Source of the DNA: an uncultured Bacteroides sp.
GTDB lineage: Bacteria > Bacteroidota > Bacteroidia > Bacteroidales > Bacteroidaceae
DNA: 64,000 bases
Assembly (NCBI GenBank): GCA_944322335.1
Contig: CALUOU010000003.1
Location: 722-64,721, forward strand
Direction: 5' to 3'
In this document: positions 39,723 through 48,993 of the stretch, in pieces
Layout: each line of letters begins with the position of its first letter
Position numbering within the stretch: the stretch's first letter is position 1
Notes under the pieces: generated by a model
Databases searched by the model: none
What the model was told of the DNA's origin: nothing
What the model saw: only the letters and a program-made list of their open reading frames with translations
Program-made: the position numbers and the translations under genes

Positions 39723-42149
39723 ATGAGAAAAAGATTCTTATTTGTCATATATCTCTTCTGTCTTTTAGGGGGAAAGCTTTTGGCACAGTCTAAGAATATC
39801 GTTGTTTGTGATCAGGGGGAACGGATTCCTTTGGAGATGGTTACCGTATTGTTTTTTGATGAGAAGAAAGATGTTATAACTACCGCAATAACTTCTGAAA
39901 CGGGAGTGGTATCGTTGGATTCTGGAAACTCGTCAAAGATCAGCACCCTTAGATTTAGCCGTTTGGGCTATCATCCATTAGAAGTTAAAATGTTGCAGTT
40001 GGCTGATACGGTGTTTCTTCAGCCTTCAACACAGTTAGATGAAGTGGAAATCACCGCTTACAGGCAACTTGTCAAGTTAAAGCCGGGAAAACTCATTTAT
40101 GAGGTGGAAAATGACCCGGAAGCTCGTGGCAAAAACACATTTGACGTTATGCATAAAGTCCCTTTGCTAGTTGTCAACCGTCACAACGGCACTGTCTCAT
40201 CCGAAGGAGGGCAGACGATTGTCTATCAATTGAACGGCAAGCGTGATGCCTTGTTCTATGGAAATCTGGAAAGCGTCCTGCGGGCATTGGAAGCCGGTTC
40301 GGTGAAGCGGATAGAAGTGGTCACACAGCCTGGCATCGAATATGGGCCTAATACGCTTTTGGTAAACATCGTGACCAAAGGCAGGATTGAAGGATTTAGC
40401 AGTACCGTCAGCACGGATGCGAGCGACAGCAGATGGAGAAACACTTTGTTTGGCATGACAAAATACAAGAACTTCACCATGTCCTTGGCCTATACCAACC
40501 GTTGGGATTACGGCCATAGTGCTGTGGACGAACGTGAAGAATATCGTGAGAACTCTACGGACAATCATTTCTTCTACAAGCGGACAGATGATTATGGCTA
40601 CAAGGCGGATGCCCACGATATCGAAGGGACGGCGAGCTATGAAATCGGCGATTTTTCCTTGCTGAGCGCTTACGGGCGTGTCATTTTGAGCAACGCCAGC
40701 AATCCACATCAGGATATGCGTGAAGTGGGAACGATGTTCCGTCAGGACGGCACACGCAACTATTCTTACGCCAATCGGAGCCACAGGCTGTTTCTGAACA
40801 GTGAGTATGATGCCTACCTCTTTTACGAGCGGAGCTTGGGCAGGGGCGGGCAGCAGGGGAAGTTCTTCCTTGGTTATCGTTTCTACAAACGTCCTTTCGA
40901 TGAGACGACCACACTGAAATACGAAAGTCTGGACTTTGCAGACGATGTAGATGCCGGTCAGAGGGATGACTTCTATGATTACGTCCGGAGGCATAAATCC
41001 TCCAGAGGATACCACACGGTGGAGACGGAATTCACCCGTCAGATAGGCACCCGTCATAAGGTGTCAATAGGCGGGAAATACATCATGAGACCGGAGAAGG
41101 AAGATTACACACTGGACGTGTCACCCGTCCATGCGTCATCCTTCACGAGGAGTGAAGAGGGGACGAGCCGTTACACCCACCACCAGCACGTGTTCAACGG
41201 CTACGCTTCGTATAATTATCTGGCATCCCGTTTCAGTCTTACGGGCGGTATTGTCTATGAGCTGCAGCATGACCGTTTGCGTCATTCGGTCGCCTCGCAC
41301 AATCTGGACAAGACTTTCAACAACGTTTTTCCGCGCCTTACCATGGCATATGCCTTTCCCAGAAAAACATCCTTGGAGCTGAGCTATGCAATGTCGGCTC
41401 TCCGTCCTGACATCTTCGCTCTTGACCCCTATGTAGATGCCACTGTCCCCATGCAGCTGTCGTACGGCAATCAACGGCTGAAGCCTGAGATATCCCATGC
41501 CTTGCAGTTGAGCGCCTACCATGATCTGGGCCGCTATACGTTGCGGTGGGCATTGTCACATCAGCATACCAACCGCATCATTTTGGATTACCGTTTTTTG
41601 GATGGAGACATGCTCCACCTGACCAAAGACAATCTGGGAAGGAAGGATCTGACCGCCTTGAGTGTCTGGTTCTCAGGACGGCCGGTCCGCAATCTGTTTA
41701 TACGCCTGTCGCCGACTGTGCAGTATACGTACTATGACGCTTCAAGGCTTTCTATGCAGAACGACGGGTTCTTTTTCCGGCTGCGCGGCGAGATGGAACT
41801 GGAATTGCCGCATGATTTCTACTTGGGTGCCGACGGTGGCTACAACACGCGCTACATCATGTTGCAGGGGCGAGGGAGCACCAGCTATAATTTCACGTTC
41901 TCTCTTTCTAAATATTTTTTGAAGAATCAGTTGCGGGTCTCTTGCAGTGCAGGAAGTTTTTTCCCAGTACATTATACGAAACACAATGACTGGTCGGCCG
42001 ATAGCTACCGTTATCATTCCTCTTACCGGTATTATCAGGCATATTTCAACGTGGGTGTTCGCTACACTTTCGGCCGTTTGAAGGCCCGTGTGAAGAGCAC
42101 TTCCAAAACCATACAAAATAACGACCTTAAAACAGATTATAGTGAGTGA
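39723..42149 (+). CDS. TonB-dependent receptor-like outer-membrane beta-barrel protein
   Basis: Signal peptide, carboxypeptidase-regulatory-like N-domain (LDEVEITA), plug-like VKRIEVVT, YGNQRLKPE and terminal VGVRYTFG. Confidence 0.85.
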   Translation: MRKRFLFVIYLFCLLGGKLLAQSKNIVVCDQGERIPLEMVTVLFFDEKKDVITTAITSETGVVSLDSGNSSKISTLRFSRLGYHPLEVKMLQLADTVFLQPSTQLDEVEITAYRQLVKLKPGKLIYEVENDPEARGKNTFDVMHKVPLLVVNRHNGTVSSEGGQTIVYQLNGKRDALFYGNLESVLRALEAGSVKRIEVVTQPGIEYGPNTLLVNIVTKGRIEGFSSTVSTDASDSRWRNTLFGMTKYKNFTMSLAYTNRWDYGHSAVDEREEYRENSTDNHFFYKRTDDYGYKADAHDIEGTASYEIGDFSLLSAYGRVILSNASNPHQDMREVGTMFRQDGTRNYSYANRSHRLFLNSEYDAYLFYERSLGRGGQQGKFFLGYRFYKRPFDETTTLKYESLDFADDVDAGQRDDFYDYVRRHKSSRGYHTVETEFTRQIGTRHKVSIGGKYIMRPEKEDYTLDVSPVHASSFTRSEEGTSRYTHHQHVFNGYASYNYLASRFSLTGGIVYELQHDRLRHSVASHNLDKTFNNVFPRLTMAYAFPRKTSLELSYAMSALRPDIFALDPYVDATVPMQLSYGNQRLKPEISHALQLSAYHDLGRYTLRWALSHQHTNRIILDYRFLDGDMLHLTKDNLGRKDLTALSVWFSGRPVRNLFIRLSPTVQYTYYDASRLSMQNDGFFFRLRGEMELELPHDFYLGADGGYNTRYIMLQGRGSTSYNFTFSLSKYFLKNQLRVSCSAGSFFPVHYTKHNDWSADSYRYHSSYRYYQAYFNVGVRYTFGRLKARVKSTSKTIQNNDLKTDYSE

Positions 42150-42150
42150 T

Positions 42151-43197
42151 ATGAGCCGTTTGTTGAATGATATAATACTAAAGGAATTGTCTCTCATGCG
42201 TAAGGGAGATCTCTTTTTACAACATGGTATAATGGGGTATGCCATCTTTTGTTTTTGGTATGGCCGCCTGAAAAATGACAATAAATATACAGAAATCGCA
42301 GAGCGATGCTTAATGCACGTTTGCAAATCCGTCAATGATAAATGTTCGTTGGGCGTTTTTGATGGACTATCTGGCATTGGAATAAGTATATGTTACCTTT
42401 GTGCTGAGGATTATCTGCAAGGGAATCCTGACGGTTTGCTTCAAAGCATTGATGACTACATGTTTAAGGTGATACAAAAGGGGTTGCAGCAAGAGCATAT
42501 TGAGGATGAAAAATATATGGATTCGTTGTTGGATGTAATGCTTTATATAAATGTTCGTTTAAGAACAGAGATTAGAAAACCTTATGAGAAGCATATTTTA
42601 GAGCTGTTCTTTATAAAAATATTAAATTGGCTATATCAAAATGCCGGTTCTTTGCTTTTCGAAGAACCACTACCTGCCAATTTATCATATAGACTTGCAA
42701 AATTCTTTTTTGTTTTGGGATATGCTTGTGACTTGAATTTTTATAATTATCGCATAAAGAGAATAATAAAAGAAATTGAAACCGTTGTATTGTCACGCAT
42801 TCCATATAGTAGTTTTAATCGATTAACATTATATTGTTCGTTGAGCATACTTACACGTCAAATAAGATTGGGCGAACGATGGACTCTGTACATTGAAACA
42901 TTGAAAAACAGTATTTCAATAGAAGAAATATTGTGTAAAGAGATAAAGTCTTATAACATGTTTTTTTTCGATGGCTTGGGAAGTGTTTATTTATTATATA
43001 AATATTGCAACAAAAATGGATTGATATTTGATGTTTCAGAGGATTGTTTTATAAGAAAACTGCAAGCTTCAGAAATTTGGAAAATGTTGGATGATTCTTT
43101 TGATTACAAGCCTTTGGGACTGGATGGCTTTTTGGGATTAATAATGGTTTTTGAAAACAGGCTAAATTTTTTTAATACAGTAAATGGAGAAAATTGA
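42151..43197 (+). CDS. Lanthionine synthetase C-like (LanC-like) protein
   Basis: Repeated GxxG loop motifs (QHGIMG, FDGLSGIG, FDGLGS, LDGFLG) in a helical protein. Alternative GTG start at 42142. Confidence 0.7.
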   Translation: MSRLLNDIILKELSLMRKGDLFLQHGIMGYAIFCFWYGRLKNDNKYTEIAERCLMHVCKSVNDKCSLGVFDGLSGIGISICYLCAEDYLQGNPDGLLQSIDDYMFKVIQKGLQQEHIEDEKYMDSLLDVMLYINVRLRTEIRKPYEKHILELFFIKILNWLYQNAGSLLFEEPLPANLSYRLAKFFFVLGYACDLNFYNYRIKRIIKEIETVVLSRIPYSSFNRLTLYCSLSILTRQIRLGERWTLYIETLKNSISIEEILCKEIKSYNMFFFDGLGSVYLLYKYCNKNGLIFDVSEDCFIRKLQASEIWKMLDDSFDYKPLGLDGFLGLIMVFENRLNFFNTVNGEN

Positions 43198-43972
43198 TTT
43201 TAGAGATTTAACTTTCCTTGTCCCTGTCAGATTAGATTCTATCATACGATTAGAAAATCTATTAGTATCTATTGATTCAATCAGCAAAACTTTTGATACC
43301 AATATTTATGTATTGGAGTCTTCTTCATATAAAAATGGGATATTGGAACAGATCTTGCCTAGTAATGTTGAATATGTTTTTGTGGAAGATAAGGATCCGA
43401 TCTTTTACAGGACATATTATTTGAATTATATGGCTCGTATTGTTCATACTGATTATTTAGCAATATGGGATGCAGATGTAATTATTGACGATCGGCAGCA
43501 AATTGAAGCTGTTGATGCATTGAGAAATTGTCATTATGATGTTGCTTTTCCGTATGATGGTCACTTTTATGATACATCGGAAATCATTAGAGAAGTTTAT
43601 TTAACGACAAAAGATGTTGCTGTTTTATTTGACAATATTGGAAAAATGTCGTTGCCTTATGGACATCATACGAATGGAGGGGCCATTTTCTTGAATAGAG
43701 AAAGTTATGTTAACGCAGGTATGGAGAATGAGAATTTCTATGGATGGACTCCGGAAGATGTTGAAAGGTTCGTAAGATGGAAAAATTTGGGATATAAAAT
43801 ATTTAGGTCAGAAGGTCCTCTTTTTCATTTGACGCATCCAAGAGATATCAATGGTCGTTATAATTCTATTTTACAAAAGAGGAATGGCTTTTATTCTTTG
43901 CAGGAAATGGCAGCTTGTTCTGCAGTAGAAATAAAAAAAATGATAAATACTGAAAGGTTCAAATCCTTATGA
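43184..43972 (+). CDS. GT2/GT7-like (galactosyltransferase-related) glycosyltransferase
   Basis: DLTFLVPVR, WDADV and GGAIF...AGMENENFYGWTPED (GT7 C-terminal motif). Confidence 0.82.
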   Translation: MEKIDFRDLTFLVPVRLDSIIRLENLLVSIDSISKTFDTNIYVLESSSYKNGILEQILPSNVEYVFVEDKDPIFYRTYYLNYMARIVHTDYLAIWDADVIIDDRQQIEAVDALRNCHYDVAFPYDGHFYDTSEIIREVYLTTKDVAVLFDNIGKMSLPYGHHTNGGAIFLNRESYVNAGMENENFYGWTPEDVERFVRWKNLGYKIFRSEGPLFHLTHPRDINGRYNSILQKRNGFYSLQEMAACSAVEIKKMINTERFKSL

Positions 43973-45417
43973 AGCATGCATTATTATTAATATGGCATAA
44001 AGATTTTGATCAACTAAAGGAACTTATAGAGTTTTTCGATGGTGATTTTTGCTTTTATGTTCATATTGACAGTAAAAGTGTACTTGATAAAAGTCAGTAT
44101 GAATGGTTGAATCATCATGCTTCTGTGTATAAGAAATTCAAAGTAACTTGGGGTGGTTTTAATTTGCTTAAAGCTGAATTGTTTCTTATAAAACAGGCTG
44201 CTGCAAATACGGAAGTTGATTATATTCATGTCATGAGTGCGCAAGACTATCCCATTCGAAATCTGAAATTCATTAAAAAAGTATTTGAAAAAGAAACAGG
44301 TTCAGAATTTTTGTCTTATTGTAGAATACCTTTTATTGAATGGGATGAGGGAACCTATAATAGATTTGAATATTATAGACCTTATGATTTTTGTGCTAAT
44401 TTCCCTTATTTCGGAAATAAATTGTTGCAGTTGATAGAAAAAGTTCAGGTCACTTTTAATTTTAAAAGGAGAATCCCCAATCAATATGATTATCTATATG
44501 GCGGATCTAATTGGATTTCAATAACCCGTAATTGTGCAGAGTATTTGGTATCTGAGTATAATCATAAGTTCTTTCGTAGATTAAGATGGACTTTTGCTCC
44601 AGAAGAAACCTTTTTCCCGACTGTTATAATGAATTCTCCTTTTGCTGTAAATGTGAAAAATAACAATCTTAGATACATCGTTTGGCATAAAACACGAGAT
44701 GGTCATCCCAAAGTATTAGATCACACAGACTGGGGAGGCATTGTTACAAGTGATGCTCTATTTGCCCGTAAGTTTGAGAATGGCAAGTCAGATCTCTTAA
44801 AATCTTGTTTAAGACGTTATCTATTTCGAGAAGAAATTTTTGCTGAAGGCATTAATGGGGAATGGTTGACTGAGTCTTTGTCTGGGCATTGGTATGATGC
44901 ATCTTTGGGAAGAGCCATATTGGACGTTTTGCCATATGCAGATGCTAAAGATATTGCAGATTTTGGCTGTGGCCCCGGATGGTATACTTATTTATTGAGG
45001 AAACATGGTTATTGCGTCAACGGATATGATGGCAATCCACATGTTAAAGAAATGTCTTCCTTGTTTTTTCAGGACGGTTTTTATTGTCAGCATGTAGACT
45101 TGACTGAATTTTTAGAAATAGACGATCCTTTTGACATGATCATTAGTCTTGAAGTAGGGGAACATATTCCCGATAAATATGAAGATATTTTCATTCATAA
45201 TTTGGTAAGAAATTCAAAAAAGTATCTTCTTTTAAGTTGGGCTTTGCCTAAACAGTTGGGAAGTGGTCATGTGAATTGCCATACCAATGAATATATCATA
45301 GGCAAAATGAAAGAATATGGTTTCTACATTAATACCCCCATAACAAATTATCTTCGTGCCAAAGCTTCTTTTAAATGGTTTCAAAAAACCATTATGTTTT
45401 TTCAGAAATATGAATAG
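43969..45417 (+). CDS. GT14 (beta-1,6-GlcNAc-transferase/branching type) fused to a class I SAM-dependent methyltransferase
   Basis: N-part: HIDSKS, VTWGG, SAQDYPI, GGSNW, PEETFF, LFARKF. C-part: DFGCGPG, SLEVGEHI. Confidence 0.85.
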   Translation: MKHALLLIWHKDFDQLKELIEFFDGDFCFYVHIDSKSVLDKSQYEWLNHHASVYKKFKVTWGGFNLLKAELFLIKQAAANTEVDYIHVMSAQDYPIRNLKFIKKVFEKETGSEFLSYCRIPFIEWDEGTYNRFEYYRPYDFCANFPYFGNKLLQLIEKVQVTFNFKRRIPNQYDYLYGGSNWISITRNCAEYLVSEYNHKFFRRLRWTFAPEETFFPTVIMNSPFAVNVKNNNLRYIVWHKTRDGHPKVLDHTDWGGIVTSDALFARKFENGKSDLLKSCLRRYLFREEIFAEGINGEWLTESLSGHWYDASLGRAILDVLPYADAKDIADFGCGPGWYTYLLRKHGYCVNGYDGNPHVKEMSSLFFQDGFYCQHVDLTEFLEIDDPFDMIISLEVGEHIPDKYEDIFIHNLVRNSKKYLLLSWALPKQLGSGHVNCHTNEYIIGKMKEYGFYINTPITNYLRAKASFKWFQKTIMFFQKYE

Positions 45418-45515
45418 GGAGAAATGGGGGAAACGGAACGATTGAAAGACCTGTGCAGCCCTGGTTATGCTTGACCCTTTATGGCTCAAGGACTCCAAGG
45501 GAAGGGCATAAGAAA

Positions 45516-45549
45516 AGAGCGGCAAGCCTTTTCAGGGGCTTCCGCTCTC
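45516..45549. terminator. Hairpin terminator after rng, convergent with the island
   Basis: GAGCGGCAAGCC...GGCTTCCGCTC stem. Confidence 0.65.
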
Positions 45550-45552
45550 ATC

Positions 45553-47127
45553 CTATTTGATTTCGATCTCTTCCTGCATGTCGATCTCTTCTCCGTGAAG
45601 ATCGTAGAAGACGTATTGCAAGAAAGCAAGGCTTTGATCGGGAATCACTTTAATGCCAAATCCGTATTTCATCTGCCATTTTCGTTTCAGGGAAACGATG
45701 CCCTGATTGACATAGGCGGCGATATACGGGTGGATGTGTAACGAGAATTTCTTAATCTTCAATTTATTTACCAAGTAATCAATTTTGCTTTCCAAGGCAT
45801 CCGTGAAAAGAATCGACGGATGGATCGTTCCTTTTCCGAAGCATGTGGGACAGGTTTCGGCTGTATTGACATCCATGGCCGGACGCACCCGTTGCCGTGT
45901 GATTTGCATTAAACCGAACTTGCTGAGGGGCAGGATGTTGTGTCGTGCTCTGTCTTTTTGCATGTTTTGGCACATGCGTTCATACAGCTTTTGCCTGTTC
46001 TCGGCTTCGGTCATGTCGATGAAGTCCACCACGATGATGCCTCCCATGTCCCGCAGGCGGAGCTGGCGAGCCAGTTCGTCGGCTGCTCCCAGGTTGACCT
46101 CCAATGCGTTGGCCTCTTGTCCGTTGGCGTTTTTGGTTCGGTTTCCGCTGTTCACGTCCACCACATGCAGTGCTTCTGTATGTTCGATGATCAGGTAGGC
46201 GCCGCTTTTATATGAAACCGTTTTGCCGAATGAGGATTTGATTTGTTTGGTGATGCCGAAATTGTCGTAGAGAGGGAGTTGTCCTTTATATAGCTTCACG
46301 ATGTCGATCCGTTCGGGAGCGATGAGGGCTACATAGTCTTTGATTTCATGGAAGACAGCTTCATTGTTCACATAGATGTTTTCGAAAGAAGGGTTGAACA
46401 AATCGCGCAGCAGTCCCACCGCGCGGCTGGTCTCTTCATAAATCAAGGTAGGAAATTTGGTGGCTTTTTGCACTTTAGCCATTGCGTCCTCCCAGTGTTT
46501 CAACAAGACTTTAAGTTCTCCGTCAAGCTCGGCCACCCTTTTGCCTTCGGCCACGGTGCGCACAATGACACCTACGTTTTTCGGCTTGATGCTCATGAGC
46601 AATTGTTTCAGGCGGGCGCGTTCTTCGCTTGACTTAATTTTTTGTGAGACGGAAACCTTGTCGTTAAAGGGGATAAGCACCAGGTATCTTCCTGCGAATG
46701 AGAGTTCGGAAGTCAGCCTCGGTCCTTTGGTCGAGATAGGTTCCTTTACAATCTGCACCACTACTTCCTGCCCCACTTTCAGGATGTTGGAAATGCTGCC
46801 ATCCTTTTCCAGGTCACGAAGTATGGTCGCTTTGGTGATGGGGAAAGTCTTTTTTCTGTCGCTTAAAGTCTGTTTGACGAGTTTCTCTAACGAGTTGAAT
46901 TGAGGGCCTAAGTCTAAATAATGAAGAAAAGCGTCTTTCTCGTAACCCACGTCTACAAAGCAGGCATTCAGGCCAGGCATCAGTTTTTTGACACGGCCTA
47001 AATATATGTTGCCCACAGAGAAGGAAATATTTCTTCCTTCACTTTGCAGTTCCACCAGCTGCCTGTCTTCCAGCAGGGCGATGGACACTTCTTTGGGCTT
47101 TACGTCTACAAAGAGTTCGTTTGTCAC
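45553..47127 (-). CDS. rng: Ribonuclease E/G family (RNase G)
   Basis: S1 domain, VQIVKEPISTKGPRL, VDVNSG and LRLRDMGGIIVVDFIDM motifs. Confidence 0.95.
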   Translation of the reverse strand: MTNELFVDVKPKEVSIALLEDRQLVELQSEGRNISFSVGNIYLGRVKKLMPGLNACFVDVGYEKDAFLHYLDLGPQFNSLEKLVKQTLSDRKKTFPITKATILRDLEKDGSISNILKVGQEVVVQIVKEPISTKGPRLTSELSFAGRYLVLIPFNDKVSVSQKIKSSEERARLKQLLMSIKPKNVGVIVRTVAEGKRVAELDGELKVLLKHWEDAMAKVQKATKFPTLIYEETSRAVGLLRDLFNPSFENIYVNNEAVFHEIKDYVALIAPERIDIVKLYKGQLPLYDNFGITKQIKSSFGKTVSYKSGAYLIIEHTEALHVVDVNSGNRTKNANGQEANALEVNLGAADELARQLRLRDMGGIIVVDFIDMTEAENRQKLYERMCQNMQKDRARHNILPLSKFGLMQITRQRVRPAMDVNTAETCPTCFGKGTIHPSILFTDALESKIDYLVNKLKIKKFSLHIHPYIAAYVNQGIVSLKRKWQMKYGFGIKVIPDQSLAFLQYVFYDLHGEEIDMQEEIEIK

Positions 47128-47311
47128 AATACTTAGCTTTTTTTAGATTCACTACAGAGGAACGGAAGCTTGACGCAGGTTGGGCTTGTGGACCTTCCCT
47201 GTTGGCTTCTGTCCGTATTCCAAATGCGATTAATCACTTAAACAAAGAACAAACCCGCGAGTGTTGTATCACAAGTTTGTTCTTTGTATTTCAAATCAAA
47301 AAGGCTAAAAA

Positions 47312-47404
47312 TTATTTTTTGCTTTTGTGTCTGTTCTTTCTTAGTCTTTTTTTACGCTTGTGTGTAGACATTTTATGTCTTTTTTTCTTCTTTCCGCTTG
47401 GCAT
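47312..47404 (-). CDS. Small ribosomal protein bS22 (AURKAIP1/COX24-domain), 30 aa
   Basis: Below the ORF-track cutoff. Translates as MPSGKKKKRHKMSTHKRKKRLRKNRHKSKK. Confidence 0.88.
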   Translation of the reverse strand: MPSGKKKKRHKMSTHKRKKRLRKNRHKSKK

Positions 47405-47438
47405 AGCTACTGTTTTTATTGGTTAATACTATAGTTTA

Positions 47439-47714
47439 TTATTTTTTCACAGAAATAGTGAATGATTTAGCAGGCTTGAATGCCGGAATATTGTGTTCCG
47501 GAATGATGATCGTAGTATTCTTAGAGATATTACGGGCTGTCTTTTGTGCTCTCTTTTTCACAATGAAACTGCCGAACCCACGCAGGTAGACATTCTCGTC
47601 TTTGGCTAAAGATGCTTTCACTGACTCCATGAATGCTTCTACGGTTGTAAGTACGGTGGTCTTGTCGATGCCTGTACTTTTAGCGATTTCGTTTACAATA
47701 TCAGCTTTAGTCAT
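47439..47714 (-). CDS. HU family DNA-binding protein
   Basis: MTKADIV, VYLRGFGSF and PAFKPA motifs. Confidence 0.95.
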   Translation of the reverse strand: MTKADIVNEIAKSTGIDKTTVLTTVEAFMESVKASLAKDENVYLRGFGSFIVKKRAQKTARNISKNTTIIIPEHNIPAFKPAKSFTISVKK

Positions 47715-47870
47715 TTTTCTTTAAAAAAAATATTATTACTACTGTTTCTTAATTTTTTGGTCTGCAAATATATAGCTTTTCTTCGTCTCTAAAAAATATA
47801 TTTTGGACTATTTTCTAAAAAAGTCGCTCGATTAAGTTTCGTTAGCCTGAAAATGAACTATTTTTGCACC

Positions 47871-48914
47871 ATGAATGCTTTTAGTGATACGATTATAGAA
47901 TGGTATGCGGAAAATAAGCGTGACTTGCCTTGGCGGAACACCAAAGACCCTTATTTGATATGGGTGTCTGAAATTATATTACAGCAAACCCGGGTCTCGC
48001 AAGGCTATGGTTATTTTCTTCGTTTTGTGGAGCGTTTCCCCGATGTGCAGACATTGGCCGATGCTCCTGAGGATGAGGTATTGAAGTACTGGCAAGGGCT
48101 GGGATACTATTCCAGAGCCAGAAACCTGCATGCGGCAGCGCGCGGCATGAGAGGCAAGTTTCCCAACACCTACGAAGGAGTGCGCGCGCTCAAGGGAGTG
48201 GGGGAATACACAGCGGCCGCGATATGCTCCATTGCCTATGACTTGCCATATGCTGTGGTCGATGGCAATGTCTATCGGGTGCTTTCCCGCTATTGGGGCA
48301 TCGATTTGCCTATCGATTCCACTCAAGGGAAGAAAACCTTTGCGGCCATGGCTCAAGAGTTGCTGGATGTCTCGCGGCCTTCGCTCTACAATCAGGCTAT
48401 CATGGATTTTGGAGCGATCCAGTGTACGCCCCAGACTCCAGATTGTTTGTTTTGTCCTTTGGCACAGAGCTGCCAGGCTTTCTCGCAAGGCAAGGTGGCT
48501 CAGTTGCCGGTGAAGCAGCATAAGGTGAGGACTGTGGACCGCTATTTTCATTATATATATGTACGCGCGGGCGCATATACCTATTTGCACAAGCGAACGG
48601 GAAACGATATTTGGAAGAATCTGTTTGAGCTGCCTTTGGTGGAGGCAGACCATGCTTTGGCGGAAGAAGAGCTGCTGGCATCCCCCTTGCTGCACTCGTG
48701 GCTGGCGGGAAACGGCTCCTTCACGTTGGGCCTGCGCAGGCGGCAGGTGAAGCATGTCTTGTCCCATCGCATTATTTATGCCGATTTCTATGAACTTATC
48801 TTGCCGGAGGATACCGTTTCCTTCGGAGAATTTCTGCGCATACCGATTGCGGAGCGGGGAAGGTATGCCGTGCCGCGCCTTATACAAGCTTTTTGGGAGA
48901 GAGAAGATGTTTAA
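47871..48914 (+). CDS. mutY: A/G-specific adenine glycosylase
   Basis: RDLPWR, WQGLGYYSRARNL, VDGNV and a 4Fe-4S Cys motif. Confidence 0.96.
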   Translation: MNAFSDTIIEWYAENKRDLPWRNTKDPYLIWVSEIILQQTRVSQGYGYFLRFVERFPDVQTLADAPEDEVLKYWQGLGYYSRARNLHAAARGMRGKFPNTYEGVRALKGVGEYTAAAICSIAYDLPYAVVDGNVYRVLSRYWGIDLPIDSTQGKKTFAAMAQELLDVSRPSLYNQAIMDFGAIQCTPQTPDCLFCPLAQSCQAFSQGKVAQLPVKQHKVRTVDRYFHYIYVRAGAYTYLHKRTGNDIWKNLFELPLVEADHALAEEELLASPLLHSWLAGNGSFTLGLRRRQVKHVLSHRIIYADFYELILPEDTVSFGEFLRIPIAERGRYAVPRLIQAFWEREDV

Positions 48915-48993
48915 TTCTTGAAAAAAATCGGCGTATTCTTGCATCATGTTTTTATTCTCGCTAATTTTGGCAACAAATTAAACCAAAAGATTT

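Noticed and set aside
42151-43197. Calling the island a lanthipeptide cluster
   Set aside because: No dehydratase is present and the LanC-like protein lacks recognisable zinc motifs.
34980-45500. Integrative element or prophage with att sites
   Set aside because: No integrase, tRNA, relaxase or flanking direct repeats were seen. Only the IS has defined ends.
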